A stretch of 64,000 bases of DNA. Origin: Marsupella aquatica (Eukaryota; Plantae; Marchantiophyta). The DNA lies in contig OZ316895.1 of NCBI GenBank assembly GCA_973895155.1, positions 8,792,184 through 8,856,183 of the forward strand. Direction: 5' to 3'. The position numbers and the translations under genes were made by a program. The notes below the pieces were generated by a model. That model ran no database searches. It saw nothing but the letters and a program-made list of their open reading frames with translations, and had not been told where the DNA came from. Positions 51,623 through 64,000 of the stretch are shown here, piece by piece; position 1 is the stretch's first letter; each line of letters begins with the position of its first letter.

Positions 51623-54600
51623 ATGGCTTCTGTCACAACTTCCTTCTGCCATTTCAGCTTCTCTCCTTCAACTGCACGACCTCGGATTGTCTCACCCACA
51701 GCTTTTCAAATTACGCCGGTCTCCCAAAATTCCGCAGTCTCTTGTCGGCCTTGCATTTGCGCCGACTCCGCCAACTTTGATCCATGTGTCTCGAGTGGAC
51801 ATTCATTTGGCAACTCTTTGAAGAATTCTTCATTAGGTGGTCACCAATTGCGCACCACACCTCCAATTCGAGAGAGTGGCAATTCATTCGGCGCTAATTG
51901 CTCGAAAAGATCTTCGTGCATTGTCTTCTTTTCTAGTTGTCCTGTGGATGGTGCATTTGGTGGTTTTACTTACAATTCCGTCCAGTTCGAGAGAATGCAT
52001 AGGAGGAATTTAGTTTCACGCCTGAAATCTTCTCAAGAAACCGAAAGTAGCACAGAAACGGCAACTGAAGCTGAAGCTGGCAACAAGGGGGATGACGGAT
52101 TGGCTGCCCGAGAAGCCACAGCTGCAGTGACAGTAGCTGCAGTCACTTCTGATCGGGAGGCTATCTCAAAGGTGTTGCAAACTGTCGACGAAGAGGATGC
52201 AGTTGAAGAGTTCTCCCCAACGGAATCTTTCATTAGTGAGGAGCTCGCTGCAATTTATGCCAAATGCCAAACGTGGCAATGGAAGGACGAGTTCCCCATC
52301 AATTACATGGTTCAAGGATCTGGGCCTCCTGTCGTCTTGGTGCATGGGTTCGGGGCTTCGATTGGGCACTGGCGGAGGTATTGATGTGAAACTAAGACTA
52401 GCACGTTTTATCACCATGAAGGCGGCAGTCCCAAATTTGATCCAACGTCAGGATTATGCTAGGCTTGGTCAATTGCTAGATGGCTGACAGGCACTATCGT
52501 TCCTTCGCTTCATCAAGTGGATAGAATGAACTAGTCTTCTGACTGAGCTTGTCTTCTAAAAGTTCAAGGTAGCTTTCTTGTACAGGAGCTCAGTTTACTT
52601 ACACTTTACTTCCAAGCAGTTTCTGCTGTCAAAGAGTTCCTTTGAATTCAGACACTTCACTTGGCTACCGGTATTAGAAAAGAAATCGTTGTGGATGTTT
52701 GTATACGAATCAGTGCTGATCAGAGAACTGAGAGTACTTGAATTCCCCAACATATCTGCTCATTATACTCCTCAAACAGGATTTCAGAGGCACTACGCCT
52801 CAGTCAGCTGAACGTTTACTCCGTCATTGGTTCAACTTTGTTTTCAAAGTTGGCCCTTCCTGAACCCAACTACAGCCGAATGGGTCTATTCAAATAAGTC
52901 CATAACTGACTGACGAAAGGTGAGTTCTTGGTCATTGATGGAAGTGAGAGCCAACAGTGATTGGGGCTGCAGTTTGTCTGCGTAACAGCTCATCGCAACC
53001 CCAGTGCTCATCTCAGTTGTCAATGTCAACCCTCGCTGTAGGCAAGATGTCATATCCCTAACAATTCAATTCAATTCTTTGGGCTTGATGTGCAGGAACA
53101 TAGGCGTGCTATCAGAAAACAACACAGTGTATGCTATCGATTTATTGGGATTGGGAGCCTCAGCTAAGCCAGCCAAATTCGTCTACACGATGGAAACATG
53201 GGCTGAGGTATGTTCTGATCGTTACCATAGTCCGTTTAGCGTTGGAGAAAATACCTTCGTAGGCCTATTATTGACACGTGCTGAATATGCATTGCTTTCT
53301 CGCTGAAGTCAACCGTTGATAATCTTGCAATCAAGCCAAGCCTCTTCAGCTGGTCCTTTCTATCAACCACAACTTGCCTGTATCCAGACACTACAATCCT
53401 GCTGTTATATCAATCGTTAGGGCTCGATCCCCTCAATTCAAGTACTACTATTCTCCTTACACATGGACTTGAAAATGTTTCAGCAAACAGGGTGCCGTGA
53501 GACTTACATTAACATAAGGTTAAAGCGCCATTCCATGGATGAATTGCATTAGGAGAGGAATAAGCACGATCTTTCTTTATTGATTGTAATCATACATTCA
53601 GGCTGGAGACTTGAGCTTAACCTGTAGGATGAGGGAAACCTGGGTTCACCTTCAGATGCAATGCGGTAAAGTGGTTGGAGGAGTGAATTTGTGGCGCAAA
53701 TCTTTTTGGGTGCAGCTTCTGATCGACTTTCTGAAAGAGATTGTGGGCTCACCGGCTGTCCTAGTAGGAAATTCAATAGGCAGCCTGGCATGTCTCATCA
53801 CATCCGCAGGTACTTTATGCCCTTACATGAGTGCATTCCTTTGGTTGAATGTCAGAAGCATGGGGTCATATATCTTTTCCTGGATTCGTTTACTTTAAAT
53901 TTTAGTACCGTTGAAGCCTGAAGTCTTCGGAGCTGTTCGGTTTGAATCACATTGTTTCTTTTTCTTTGGTGTTTCCGGAACCGATAACCTGCTCCTCCAA
54001 TCTTGCTGTCTTCACCATTGATAGACTGCACTACCGTTAGAAAGGGAGCACACTGATCTGGCTATTATTGAATGTATACGAATTGGAAAGAGTAAAGGGA
54101 CCAATAGCTTTATTGGACTTACGAAGATTTCGAGGAGCTGAAGATAAGATCGAGGAATTCTCATAGGTCTGGAGTGGAGTCGCAATCATACAGATTTTAC
54201 GATTCGAGCTCGAGTCCGATTTCCTCGGTTCCGTATTTTTCTGATGCTTTTTGGATCTAAGCTAATGAGTCAGCATCAACGTCCTTGCATATTATTTTGA
54301 AAGCTGCATTTCCAAAATATTTTTGTGAGCAAGAGGTGGGGTTAGCAGAAGGCCTGGATCTGCATTGCTGCCGTAGGTGGGGCTGCGAGCCTCTGATTTT
54401 GTGAGAATCGGAGAATAAGTGTACCCCTTCCGACGTCTGGCAGTGTGATTAGATGAGGATTTACTCTGATATTTTCAAACAAGGGGCGAGCAGCACGAAA
54501 GGTCTGATTGCTTGAGCTGAACTTCTCTGACGTTTTTCCCCTGCATCAGATGCACCAGCTGGCTTGGTGCGAGGCACTGTATTGCTCAACTGCGCCGGAG

Positions 54601-55555
54601 GCATGAATAACAAAGCTGTCACAGATGACTGGCGCCTCAAACTTGCTCTTCCACTCCTGTGGCTTATTGACTTCCTCCTCAATCGACCATCCATTGCCAC
54701 CGGACTCTTCAACCGCATTCGATCGAGGTACTCTTCATGACAATTACGATACACTTCCTGGCATGAAATCCACTGTGGATATACTACTGCCGCAAAACTA
54801 GTTTTAAAATTACCAACACTCAGAAGGGATGTAAGTAATCGGTCTTCAGAATGACCAAAACTTAGACTTTACCCTTAATTCTTGATTTTGATCTCGGCCA
54901 TCACTCTCAAATTTGTATCTGTCGGATATGGCAGGGCAGGACCCTAGATATGGAGTACTGCTCTACTGATGTACTGTCTTCGTCCTTGCTTGGGGAATCA
55001 GAGCGAACATCAAGAACGTGCTGCAATCTGTCTACAACAATAAGGCAGCCGTGGATGACGAGCTTGTGGAGGTGTGCTTCTCAACCTTCTTGGACTCCTC
55101 TACACTCCAGAATAGTATGACATACGCAAGTTCTGCTCTCGTTTCTAACGAAGGTTCAATTACTAGGAATTGGAGTCTGAGGAATGATAACTCGCTTGTC
55201 TGAGGCTTTCACCTGATTTAGTGCTCTTCCCTCATTTCTGTCATAGGTAATTTTGAGACCAGCAGACAGCCCTGGAGCTTTGGATGCCTTCGTCTCAATC
55301 ATCACAGGGCCACCAGGCCCCAAACCGCAGACTCTAATGCCAAAGATCTCCACTCCTGTTCTACTGATCTGGGGGGACGATGATCCTTTCACTCCCATCG
55401 ACGGACCGGTTGGCAAGTACTTCTCAGCGCTAGCTACCTCTGCCCCTAGCGTACAGCTGGAGCTTCTTCCCAACGTTGGCCACTGCCCTCATGATGACAG
55501 GCCTGAACTTGTGCATGAGAAGTTAGTACCTTGGCTAGCAACTTTGCCCGCATAG
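51623..55555 (+). CDS. CLD1: Plastid alpha/beta hydrolase, chlorophyll dephytylase 1-like, 6 exons, ~505 aa
   Basis: Exons 51623-52377, 53096-53207, 53716-53809, 54550-54727, 55002-55071 and 55247-55555 join in frame. Motifs VHGFGASIGHWRRN, GNSIG nucleophile, LNCAGGMNNKAVTDDWR, LIWGDDD and VGHCPHDDRP match the plant CLD1 subfamily as I recall it. Confidence 0.85.
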
Positions 55556-58500
55556 TATCTACAAACGTATTATTGTAGTTCTGGGCCACATGTAGACGGG
55601 TCACGTATTGAGCTGCAAGAAGTGGCAGCTCAAGTGACGGGTAATGAAGTAGCTACGAATTATTCTGGGCCTTCACAAAACCATGTGATTCAGTGGGCAA
55701 CTTGGACTCAAATACACCTTTACATCTGTTTCAAAGGTGTCCACGTGAAGCCCTCCATTCCTTATCACTCATCGACGGTCAAACGTTGTTGAGATCGATT
55801 GCATCCTTCATGAAACTTAGCGCACTTCAGAGGTTTCAAAACCAGGACTCAACAAGAGCTAACAAAAGAGCTCCTTCGATAATTATCATGTACCCTTATA
55901 ACGATAATGTTTCTTGAAGGATTTGTAAACTTTTCGGGTTGAGACTTACCTGTTATTTGTGTCGTCTGTCATTCCAAAATTCTCTTCGCCATTTGATTGT
56001 ATTAGAGTACCCCAACGCAGGAATAATTGAACTAGGTGGCTCTGCCTATGTTTGCTATTATGATGAAACGAAAAGAAGGTCGTTGTACAGGATTTAGTCT
56101 CTCTATTCATGACAATTCCTTATAGACAAGCTCTATCTGGGCCTCCTATCGGGTGCGAGGCTTGGTGGTCCAGACTTAATATGAGTGTGAATAAAAGGAA
56201 GCAATGGGCTCCCGACTTCTTGTAAAGCCACCTTTAAGAAGCCCTGGATATAGAGGGTTGTGGGAGGAAACGGACCTCCAAAAGCAGCCACGAGACAAGA
56301 GAGAAGAATATGGCTAGGATAACCTGAGTCAGCAAAGGTCAATTACGAATATCAATGGTCGATTGGAAGGCAGGAAGAGAAAATGAGAATGTCGGACGAA
56401 CGAGTGAGCAGCAGTGTGGGAGCCTGAACGACTAAGGATGGTAAGCTGTCCTCCCAACACACCCTCCTCTACGCGCCTAACAAGGAGCTTCCTGCCTTCG
56501 ACCACTAGCAGCCGTCACTACGCCTTTTTCCACTCGAGCCGGTTTCTTCAGATGTTTCTCCAGGTCTTTGAACTTCCAAATGAAACTTTGAGGCACTCTG
56601 TAAAGACGAAGCAATACATGAGCTGTGAGACCTGGTTCGTCAATTTCCAAATGTAATATTGGGGCACTGTTTAAGGAAGGAATAACATGTGTGCTGCGAG
56701 ACCTGGTTTTTCAAGTTTCAAATGAAAATTTGGGGCACTGTTCAAGGAGAAGCGATGCATGTGCATTGTGCAGTGAGTGTTTGAGGATGTGCTTGGAAGG
56801 GGGGGTCGTTGCTGCAATATGTTCGTTGGGCCTGAAATCCAACTTTGGCTAGGATTCCTTTTTGTCCTCTATCACCGATGTGGCATGTGGGCCTCTATCG
56901 CCGATCTGATTTGACCTTAGCCATGATACAATACTTTATGTAAGCTATATGGACTTTATTTATCATTTTAAAATACTCCACTTGACTTCGAGGCACAATA
57001 ATGAGAAGTCCCATGAGTACTCTGGCAGTAGGATACAGCAGTTGATGGCTGCTGTTTCATAAGAAAGCGGACTAGGAAGTCTCCGACTGCGTTTGACTTC
57101 CCTACTTGGTCAAGAACCTCACTGGCAATCAGTTTCAGGTGTTGAATTGAGGCATCCTCACGCCCAGGCATCTCACAGAGGCATCGCCTTTGTGGCAATA
57201 GGTGGCGTCGATTTGAGTGGCAACGTTTCTCTCCTCAGTGATGACTAATGATGCGAAGTAGATGAGTGAATCTGTCGAGATTGTACCCGACTGTCTCCTC
57301 CCGAAGATGGGGCCAGTCGTGTCCAATTTTGGTAGCGACTTTGGCATTGGACAGTAGGCTTGGCCTGGGTCTGCTGTGCGATGATGTTTGTGGGCCTTCG
57401 ATTCCGACGACGCTGTGAAGCTCCGGAAGCCGCTCTCGCAGTTGTTTTTTATACCGATCGCTCAGACGAACTCACTGCATCCGTTGAAGTTTTATAGCCT
57501 TCAATTGGCTGTCAATGTTAAGTAATTCCGTTTAAGTAGTATGAAGGAGCTTTTGGTGGTGCTTGGAAATCTTAAATGAAGTCCAGCGTGTAAGATTTTC
57601 ATCGTACTTGTGCGGAGTGCAAGGAGGGCGGTGAAGAGGAACTCGAGAGGTTTCCGAGTTAAAGTACTTTGGCAGGGAGCCAGGCAAGCAGGCTTGGAAG
57701 AGGATTCAGGGGTTGAAAGGAGGGAACGAGAAGGAATTCGCTTCTCCCTCCTGCCATAATCTGCTTTTCCATTCCCCAAAACAGGGAGGGGTAAAGTTGC
57801 AGAACTGAGAAGCTGAACTGCATCAACAGCAGAACAGCTCCCACTTCTAGCATGGGTCAAAGCTTGAGCAGGTGTTGTCAAGCGGGTTTTGAAGCGGGTT
57901 GTCAAGCAACACACCGCTCATGTTGCCCGACCCAGACGATCTCCCCGGTGGGCAGCGGAAGGGGCTTAGGACCGTACCGGCGCCCACAAGCATTCGAGGA
58001 GGAGGAATCATTCGAGGAGGAAAGAAACGGCAGAAGCAGCGAAAGGAACGGGGACGCAGCCCAATCATCACATCGTCGAGGTCCTTCCTCAAGAACTCTT
58101 CGGCGAGATTGATCGACCACCACCCTCGTGCATAGACCGCTCTTTTGACCATTCATACACTCCTCCAAGTAGCGCAGATCATTGAGGAGCGTTCCAAGGT
58201 ACCAGATCTGGTATTAGAAACCGTGTCATTTCATTCCCAGCACCTCTACCCTCTCGTCCTTCAACTCTGGATGGCAACTCCTCCCCTGTCTTAATCAGGC
58301 TGCTCCCAATCACGGGCCTCCTCTCCACGCTCTCATTTCTTCTGTTAGTGTCTCGGAGGTGGTCAATGGGAGCTGGGATTAGGCGAATTAGAGGGATTAG
58401 ACAAGAGCTGCACAGACCATTGACAGAAAAGCTGGATAGTTCTCTGGGGAACCAGCTGGACTCCTCAAGTCTCAGCCAGCCACCGCTTATGCCCTGCACC

Positions 58501-60097
58501 TCCCTCATCCCCCAGAGCTGGCTGAAGCTGCTTCTACTGGATTGCCATGGTGGGTTACAAGAAAGCTTGTTTCGTGAAGTGCTCTGTCTCCCAGCCTGAG
58601 GACAGGGAAGGAGGGATTCAGACCCTTCAGCTAAGGATTCCGGTCTATGGAAGGAGCAGGAGGAGGCAACCCAATGGAGGTGTCGGCCAAGCTTTAGGAG
58701 GGAAGGGGGATTTAGGAGGCAACCCTGAACTCGGTACTCCAGCTTTGCCAACGCGCATTCAGACACGAGTGGGGGCCCTTCCAATTAGGTGAGCACGTCG
58801 TCAAATCGATCGGGGTTAGATAGTCAGAGACTTCGCATTTGAGCATCCCCGCTTGGTGCCATCGTCCTTAGACCCGGAAATCTCAATCCCGTGTGAGACT
58901 ACCGCAAGGGGTGTAGAAAGTGAATTGAAGGAGCTCGCCTCTGATGATGGTGCCGGACTGAAGATTGTAATAAATTATCGGATCAAATCATTAAGGGCAT
59001 TCATAGTCTTGCTTGAGGAGTATTTTGTCACGAATGGTAATGTACCCTTGCAGGGCTTGTACGTGATTCTAGTCGCTCGTGGATCACCTTTGAGCATTGC
59101 GGACATCGGCGGACCACTAATAACCAGGAAGACGTTTCAATCAAACCTATCGACACACCGTGCAAGGTTGAATGTCTTGCCAAGTAATGAGCGAGTTTCC
59201 ACGCTACTGGTGTTTTCCCTATCGAAAAAAATGGTTCTCATTTTGATTACCACTGGAAAAATGAAGAGAGAACTTGTAAGCGCCATATGCGGATACGGGT
59301 GATTGCAGAAATTTGTTGATGGAGGAATGGTCGCCGTCGTGAACTCGCTCAAGCTACTGTAGCTGGGAATATAAGAATTGTGGGGTGCGTTCGTTCCCAA
59401 ATTGCTACTACAACATCGATTCTATCGCCGTGAGCTTGCAGTGGGTTAACAAAGACATCAGTGAGAAATAGGATGCATTTTTTTTTAATGAACGGAGAAA
59501 CGTTCATACCCTAGATCCCAAGGATGTGCGATCCGAAGTACACATGGATCTAGGAAAGGATCCAACATACGAATCCACTCTTCTTTGAAAATCTGTGATT
59601 GCTTTCTAGATTTCTGATTCTTCAGACGACGGAAGAATCCTAGGAGTTCGTCAATACACAACACCAAGAGTTGTCTCTTTTCTTCTCGGTCAATATATTC
59701 AATTCTGTGTACGCGTTCAGAACACAAACCGACCCCGGAAAGTGTCAACCTTTTCTATCACGATCAATTTGACGGTCACCCAATACCTTGCACTAACTGA
59801 TTCCCGAAGCTTATAAACTGTACAAGCCTAACTCTAGATAGGAGAGCACCAGCAGCTCGACATTTTACGGTTTCGAATGTGCCTTATACTCAACAAATCT
59901 TCTCTCGCTGGTTCTAGAAAAATTTCGCCGAAAGCCTCCGTCTTATGGTGGATTATGGTCCAAAATTGGGTGAAAATAACTTCCTAAAGAAAGTCTCTTG
60001 AGAACTGGGCTTCAACTGAAAAACTAGCACCATTTGTTTGCATTGTAATATCCCGAAGATCCCAGGCAATTCACTCCAAGTGACCCAGAAACACTTT

Positions 60098-62383
60098 TCA
60101 AACTTGGACTAGAGACCGGCTCAAGTTCGTTGCCAGTGCAAGCCTGACTCTATCAATGGTCGGGCCTGTCATTTCGACATTTTCTAGATCTCCGCAAAGC
60201 TTGGCGAGTCTCAACTCTTGCGTGCAGTTCAGTAGAAGGTTTGTTTCCACGGTGTTCAGCAAAACCTGGTCCGGCCATTCGAGCAACTCCACCGAGTCCC
60301 TTAGAAGCGGCATCCAGAACCGTTTTGGTGTGATTCCCGCTTTGAAGAGTTCCGTTAGACATGTAGCGGCTTGCCTCCCTGCTGCAGTGATCATGTGCTT
60401 CTCGGCATCCCTGGATCGCATCTCCCTGATTGCTTGCAGTGCAGACTTAAAGTCTTTGTACCTCTGGAGAAATGATAGACCTCCAGTGGTGGCCTGGAAT
60501 TCTGAGCCCAGCAAGTCCACCAACCCTTGCATTTGCTCAAGGGTTTGAGCATGTCCGAAGCTGCTTCCAGTGGAGACCGAGGCCAGAAGCTGATCAGAAA
60601 GGGAGGACAAAAGGCTGCTGTCATTTGCCCGTTGGAGCCACACAATCGCAGCACCATACAAGCCATGCTTCCAGTTATGTACTCCAACCTTCCTGCTCAA
60701 GATCGTCCCTACAGAATGAAGCTCATACAGTCTACAAATCTCCAAAGCCTTCAGAGCAAGCTGGTTATCACCAGACACCGGTAGCCTGAGGAGAAGTGTC
60801 TCGAGCATTCCCAAACCTTGCCTTGGACAAGCTGCAAGATATGTGGGAGCAAGCTGCCAGGTGAGAGGATGAGATGCCAGAGATTGGGCATATGAGAGGC
60901 GGTACAGCTCCTCCAGGCTGATCCCACCTTGCATGGCCGATTCCGTCTGGAGAACGTTCTCAGCGTGGACATTCCTTGCTTTGAGCAAATCTACCATGTG
61001 GGCCATCAGCCAGGGCTCAAAGTGCTTTGCGCATTCAGCAATCACAATCTCGGTGTCCTCACCCATGATGGCAAGAATCAGCGGCCGGAGTGCATCAGGA
61101 GTGGAGCTGCTCCCTTTAGAATCTATGCAATCTCGAGCTAATCTGAGAAGTCCTTCTGTGCCATTGGAAAAGGGCCTTACATGCAGGCAATTGGCTACCA
61201 GAAGCTCAATCCAGTGAGATGTGGAGGAGCTAAGAGCATCAATATTGCCTTGCAGAACTTCCAGCAGCTTCCTCAAGCCATAAAGGGTCCCTTTGTGGTG
61301 GCATTCATTCCAATATGTGCTCCGGTCCAGCTTGCTAACCTGCATTCTCCAGCGCTCCCATTCCTTGGCGAATTCCGGCTTGAACTTGTACGCTATGCCA
61401 GGCTCTCCATAGGGAATCCTGGCACGCAATCTTGGCATTTTGGATACCAGCACAGCGACAGCTTCCACGAGACCATTCTCAGTTTGACGGTCGTCAATTT
61501 GGTCATGACGATATGATCCGTGGAACCTTAGCAGTTTGACCACAAAATCAAGCCAGCCCACAGCCAGCGCAGATGCAATGGCCTCCCAATAGTAAGACTC
61601 GTCCTCTGGATATAAAGTCTTTGACAGATTCTGCTTCATCCCGATCAACATGCTCTTCAAGGACTTATCTTTCACAGTGAAAGCGGCCCCATGAGTGAGC
61701 AGCCACTCGACAAGCCGCTCCGCAAGCCACCCCTCCGCGCGCTTGTCAACATAGAAGATCTCCAACAAATCCCAAATCGCCAGAGTTGTTGATGTTGGCT
61801 TAGATTCTTGCACGGAGTCTTCAAGCCGCCTTGGAGCAGCTCTGGCGGAAGAACCTCCACTCTCGAGCACATGGCTTATGTTTTGGCTGTAGTCCAACAC
61901 ACTCTCCCACCAATTTGAGAGTCGCCCCGGGGCAACCTCATCTGACAACGATCCCACCAGCCGGGACCGCTGGGATTGCAGCAAGGCAAAGAACGGCACC
62001 GAGGCAGCGGCGATTCGCCTTTCTTCGGCCGCATCCTGCACTTCCGGGCCCAGGGCAAGTTCCACCACCTTCCCTGCCTCTTTTCTTTGCTCACCATTGC
62101 TATTGATGTTGTTGCTGCTGTTGTTGGAACTGCTGTTGGGGAGATAGGACAGGCGAATGTGATTCCCGATCCCCCAAGAGATTCGGATTCGGGGAATTCC
62201 CGTTAGGCCGTGTCGCACACTGTACTCCACCACGGGCTGGTCTTGTTGTTGTGCATACTGCGGTTGCTTCTGGCTGCTTCTGCTGCTGAGGTGACCACTC
62301 CCATTCCCGTTGCTGTTTCCAAAACCATTGGCGTGAAAGGGAACGATGCTGCTGCTGCCGCTCCCACCCCTGTCCATGCTCAT
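60098..62383 (-). CDS. NUP85: Nuclear pore complex protein NUP85, single-exon CDS, 761 aa
   Basis: Uninterrupted ORF with plant Nup85-type segments (ISWGIGN, WESVLDYS, HGSYRHDQIDDRQTENGLVEAVAVLVSKMPR, LTWQLAPTYL, RLYEL, VRLALATNLSR). Confidence 0.92.
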   Translation of the reverse strand: MSMDRGGSGSSSIVPFHANGFGNSNGNGSGHLSSRSSQKQPQYAQQQDQPVVEYSVRHGLTGIPRIRISWGIGNHIRLSYLPNSSSNNSSNNINSNGEQRKEAGKVVELALGPEVQDAAEERRIAAASVPFFALLQSQRSRLVGSLSDEVAPGRLSNWWESVLDYSQNISHVLESGGSSARAAPRRLEDSVQESKPTSTTLAIWDLLEIFYVDKRAEGWLAERLVEWLLTHGAAFTVKDKSLKSMLIGMKQNLSKTLYPEDESYYWEAIASALAVGWLDFVVKLLRFHGSYRHDQIDDRQTENGLVEAVAVLVSKMPRLRARIPYGEPGIAYKFKPEFAKEWERWRMQVSKLDRSTYWNECHHKGTLYGLRKLLEVLQGNIDALSSSTSHWIELLVANCLHVRPFSNGTEGLLRLARDCIDSKGSSSTPDALRPLILAIMGEDTEIVIAECAKHFEPWLMAHMVDLLKARNVHAENVLQTESAMQGGISLEELYRLSYAQSLASHPLTWQLAPTYLAACPRQGLGMLETLLLRLPVSGDNQLALKALEICRLYELHSVGTILSRKVGVHNWKHGLYGAAIVWLQRANDSSLLSSLSDQLLASVSTGSSFGHAQTLEQMQGLVDLLGSEFQATTGGLSFLQRYKDFKSALQAIREMRSRDAEKHMITAAGRQAATCLTELFKAGITPKRFWMPLLRDSVELLEWPDQVLLNTVETNLLLNCTQELRLAKLCGDLENVEMTGPTIDRVRLALATNLSRSLVQV

Positions 62384-62400
62384 GCTTCTCCTCTGTTCCT

Positions 62401-62409
62401 AAACCCTAA
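62401..62409 (+). promoter_or_regulatory. Telo-box-like motif (AAACCCTAA) just upstream of NUP85; further AAACCCTA at ~62714 and ~62769
   Basis: Direct motif match. Function is not shown. Confidence 0.3.
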
Positions 62410-63248
62410 ACCATTATACTAGCTCTTGACCATTCCCAACATGATTTCTCTGTTAGCCGTTCCAAACTCGTCCACACTAAGTAGCTCCCAGGCGTTTACC
62501 CTTAGCACATTCTGTGACATGTCTGTAGATAACCTCTTGAAAAATTCATAGACCACGGGCTTAGAACAGAATTGAAGGCTACTGAAGCTAAAAAACCTCG
62601 CCCAAAATGACTCCTAAGCGTTTCACACGAGCAACTGCATCACAGCTCCTCTCCGGATCCTGAAATCTTCAAGAATGCGTCCTGTCAGTTTTGCCAGATT
62701 TCTCTGCACGCTAAACCCTACGTGTCTCTTTTGGTCAACATTTCACAAAATACGCACCGTCACACTCTAAACCCTATTTTCCCTAACTCTTGAGGATTTG
62801 GCAACCTGACTTCTCTACCTTCGTACCTCCACTTCATCGTCTCACACAAACCTCTTCAACGACATTTTGAACAATACTAGAGCACAAGTTGGCATTTCCT
62901 TCAAAGCACTTCGGGAGCTCGATCGACTCCATACCTGGTCTTCAGCATTTCAGACGCGAAGCAGTGCAATACATTCAAGACTCGTCATGAATTGTTGGAG
63001 AATAACCATCCCCGGCTCGGTTTTCAAGGAATTTTCGCATAAGAGTGTGACAATCTATACTACAGCGCTTCACACAGCAGCAGGTCGTTACTCGTCGACG
63101 CGATGATAATCATAACTTCGCATCATTTCATCTACAGGATCTCCATTAGCCTCGGACGGACCTCCATTTGTCCATGAACTCTGACGGCAAGTCGGCAACA
63201 ACGCGACCGAAGGCCATTTGGCAGCTAGAGCGCTGCGCTGCATACCAG

Positions 63249-63289
63249 AGCTCAGTTGAGCTCAGCTCAGCTCAGCTCAGCTCAGCTCG
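63249..63289. repeat. (AGCTC)n pentanucleotide microsatellite
   Basis: AGCTCAGTTGAGCTCAGCTCAGCTCAGCTCAGCTCAGCTC. Confidence 0.9.
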
Positions 63290-64000
63290 AGGAATGAGCG
63301 GGAAAACTTGAGCTAAGAATTGAGCTCTAGGGTAAGCTTTACTGAAGAAGAACCCGTTTCCGTGACACAACCCGAGCACTGCTGAAGAGAGAAGACCTCT
63401 TGTTTGCGGAGTTCGAGGAGAATTTGAATGGGTAAAACGCCCGTTTTCTTCGAGAAAACTCGTGACTGAGGAAGAGTCGAGACCTCTTCTTGTGCTTTTG
63501 TGTAATTCGAAACCTTGAAAATGGGTTTCATGTTGTAACAACGAGATATAGAAATGGACTTTTGGTACAGGGAGTGAGCTCCTAATTAGTCAATTTGGGT
63601 TGTGAGGGAAAACGAGTACTTGTCTGATCATTCCTGCTTTACTGGTTTTCATTCACATATCATTTGTGTGGGTTGATACAATTCTCATGTTTGTCTATAT
63701 TTGCACTTATTTTACAAATGCATGCATTTGCCATTAGAAAATGGGACCTCGATTTGAAGTTTGAATTAACTCGCTTATTTTCAATTGTGTGTTTAGATGA
63801 TCACTTACTGTATGAAATGCTAACCACAGTTTTTTGTTTTTTGTTTTAATTTTTTTAAGGAGAAATCTGTGAAACCCGGCAGAAAGGGAACCAGTCAACC
63901 ACAACATTTGAACACTAGACCTATAAGTCTCAATGCAAGTGAGCTATCGCACAGCCATGCCTCTCTGGGCTGCTAACCACGGGTTAAATGTACATGTTTG

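Noticed and set aside
55608-55633. 9-bp stem hairpin TTGAGCTGC...GCAGCTCAA after CLD1
   Set aside because: It is too short to distinguish from chance, and intrinsic terminators do not apply to Pol II genes.
60156-62422. Multiple plus-strand ORFs over NUP85
   Set aside because: They are antisense or alternate-frame shadows with no recognisable motifs.

Overview
Eukaryotic, intron-containing nuclear DNA from a green plant, most likely a non-seed land plant (bryophyte-like). That assignment is inferred from gene content and cannot be proven here. The left ~40 kb is repeat-rich. It holds two CACTA (En/Spm) right ends, probably nested, with a 408-bp tandem array inside, two non-autonomous Helitrons, a 5'-truncated L1 LINE with a 16-bp TSD, and a nearly intact CRE-type non-LTR retrotransposon with a restriction-like endonuclease. 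It also holds a tandem family of secreted PQQ-type beta-propeller (polyvinyl-alcohol-dehydrogenase-like) genes: two intact 5-exon copies, a relic exon 1, and about five copies of their ~1-kb upstream module. The right ~24 kb is gene-dense: a 3-exon HIT-like + CCCH zinc-finger gene, a plastid EttA-type ABC-F gene head-to-head with a CLD1-like alpha/beta hydrolase, and an intronless NUP85. Exon boundaries were read by eye from GT/GC-AG sites and frame continuity. Family names rest on motif recognition, not database searches.
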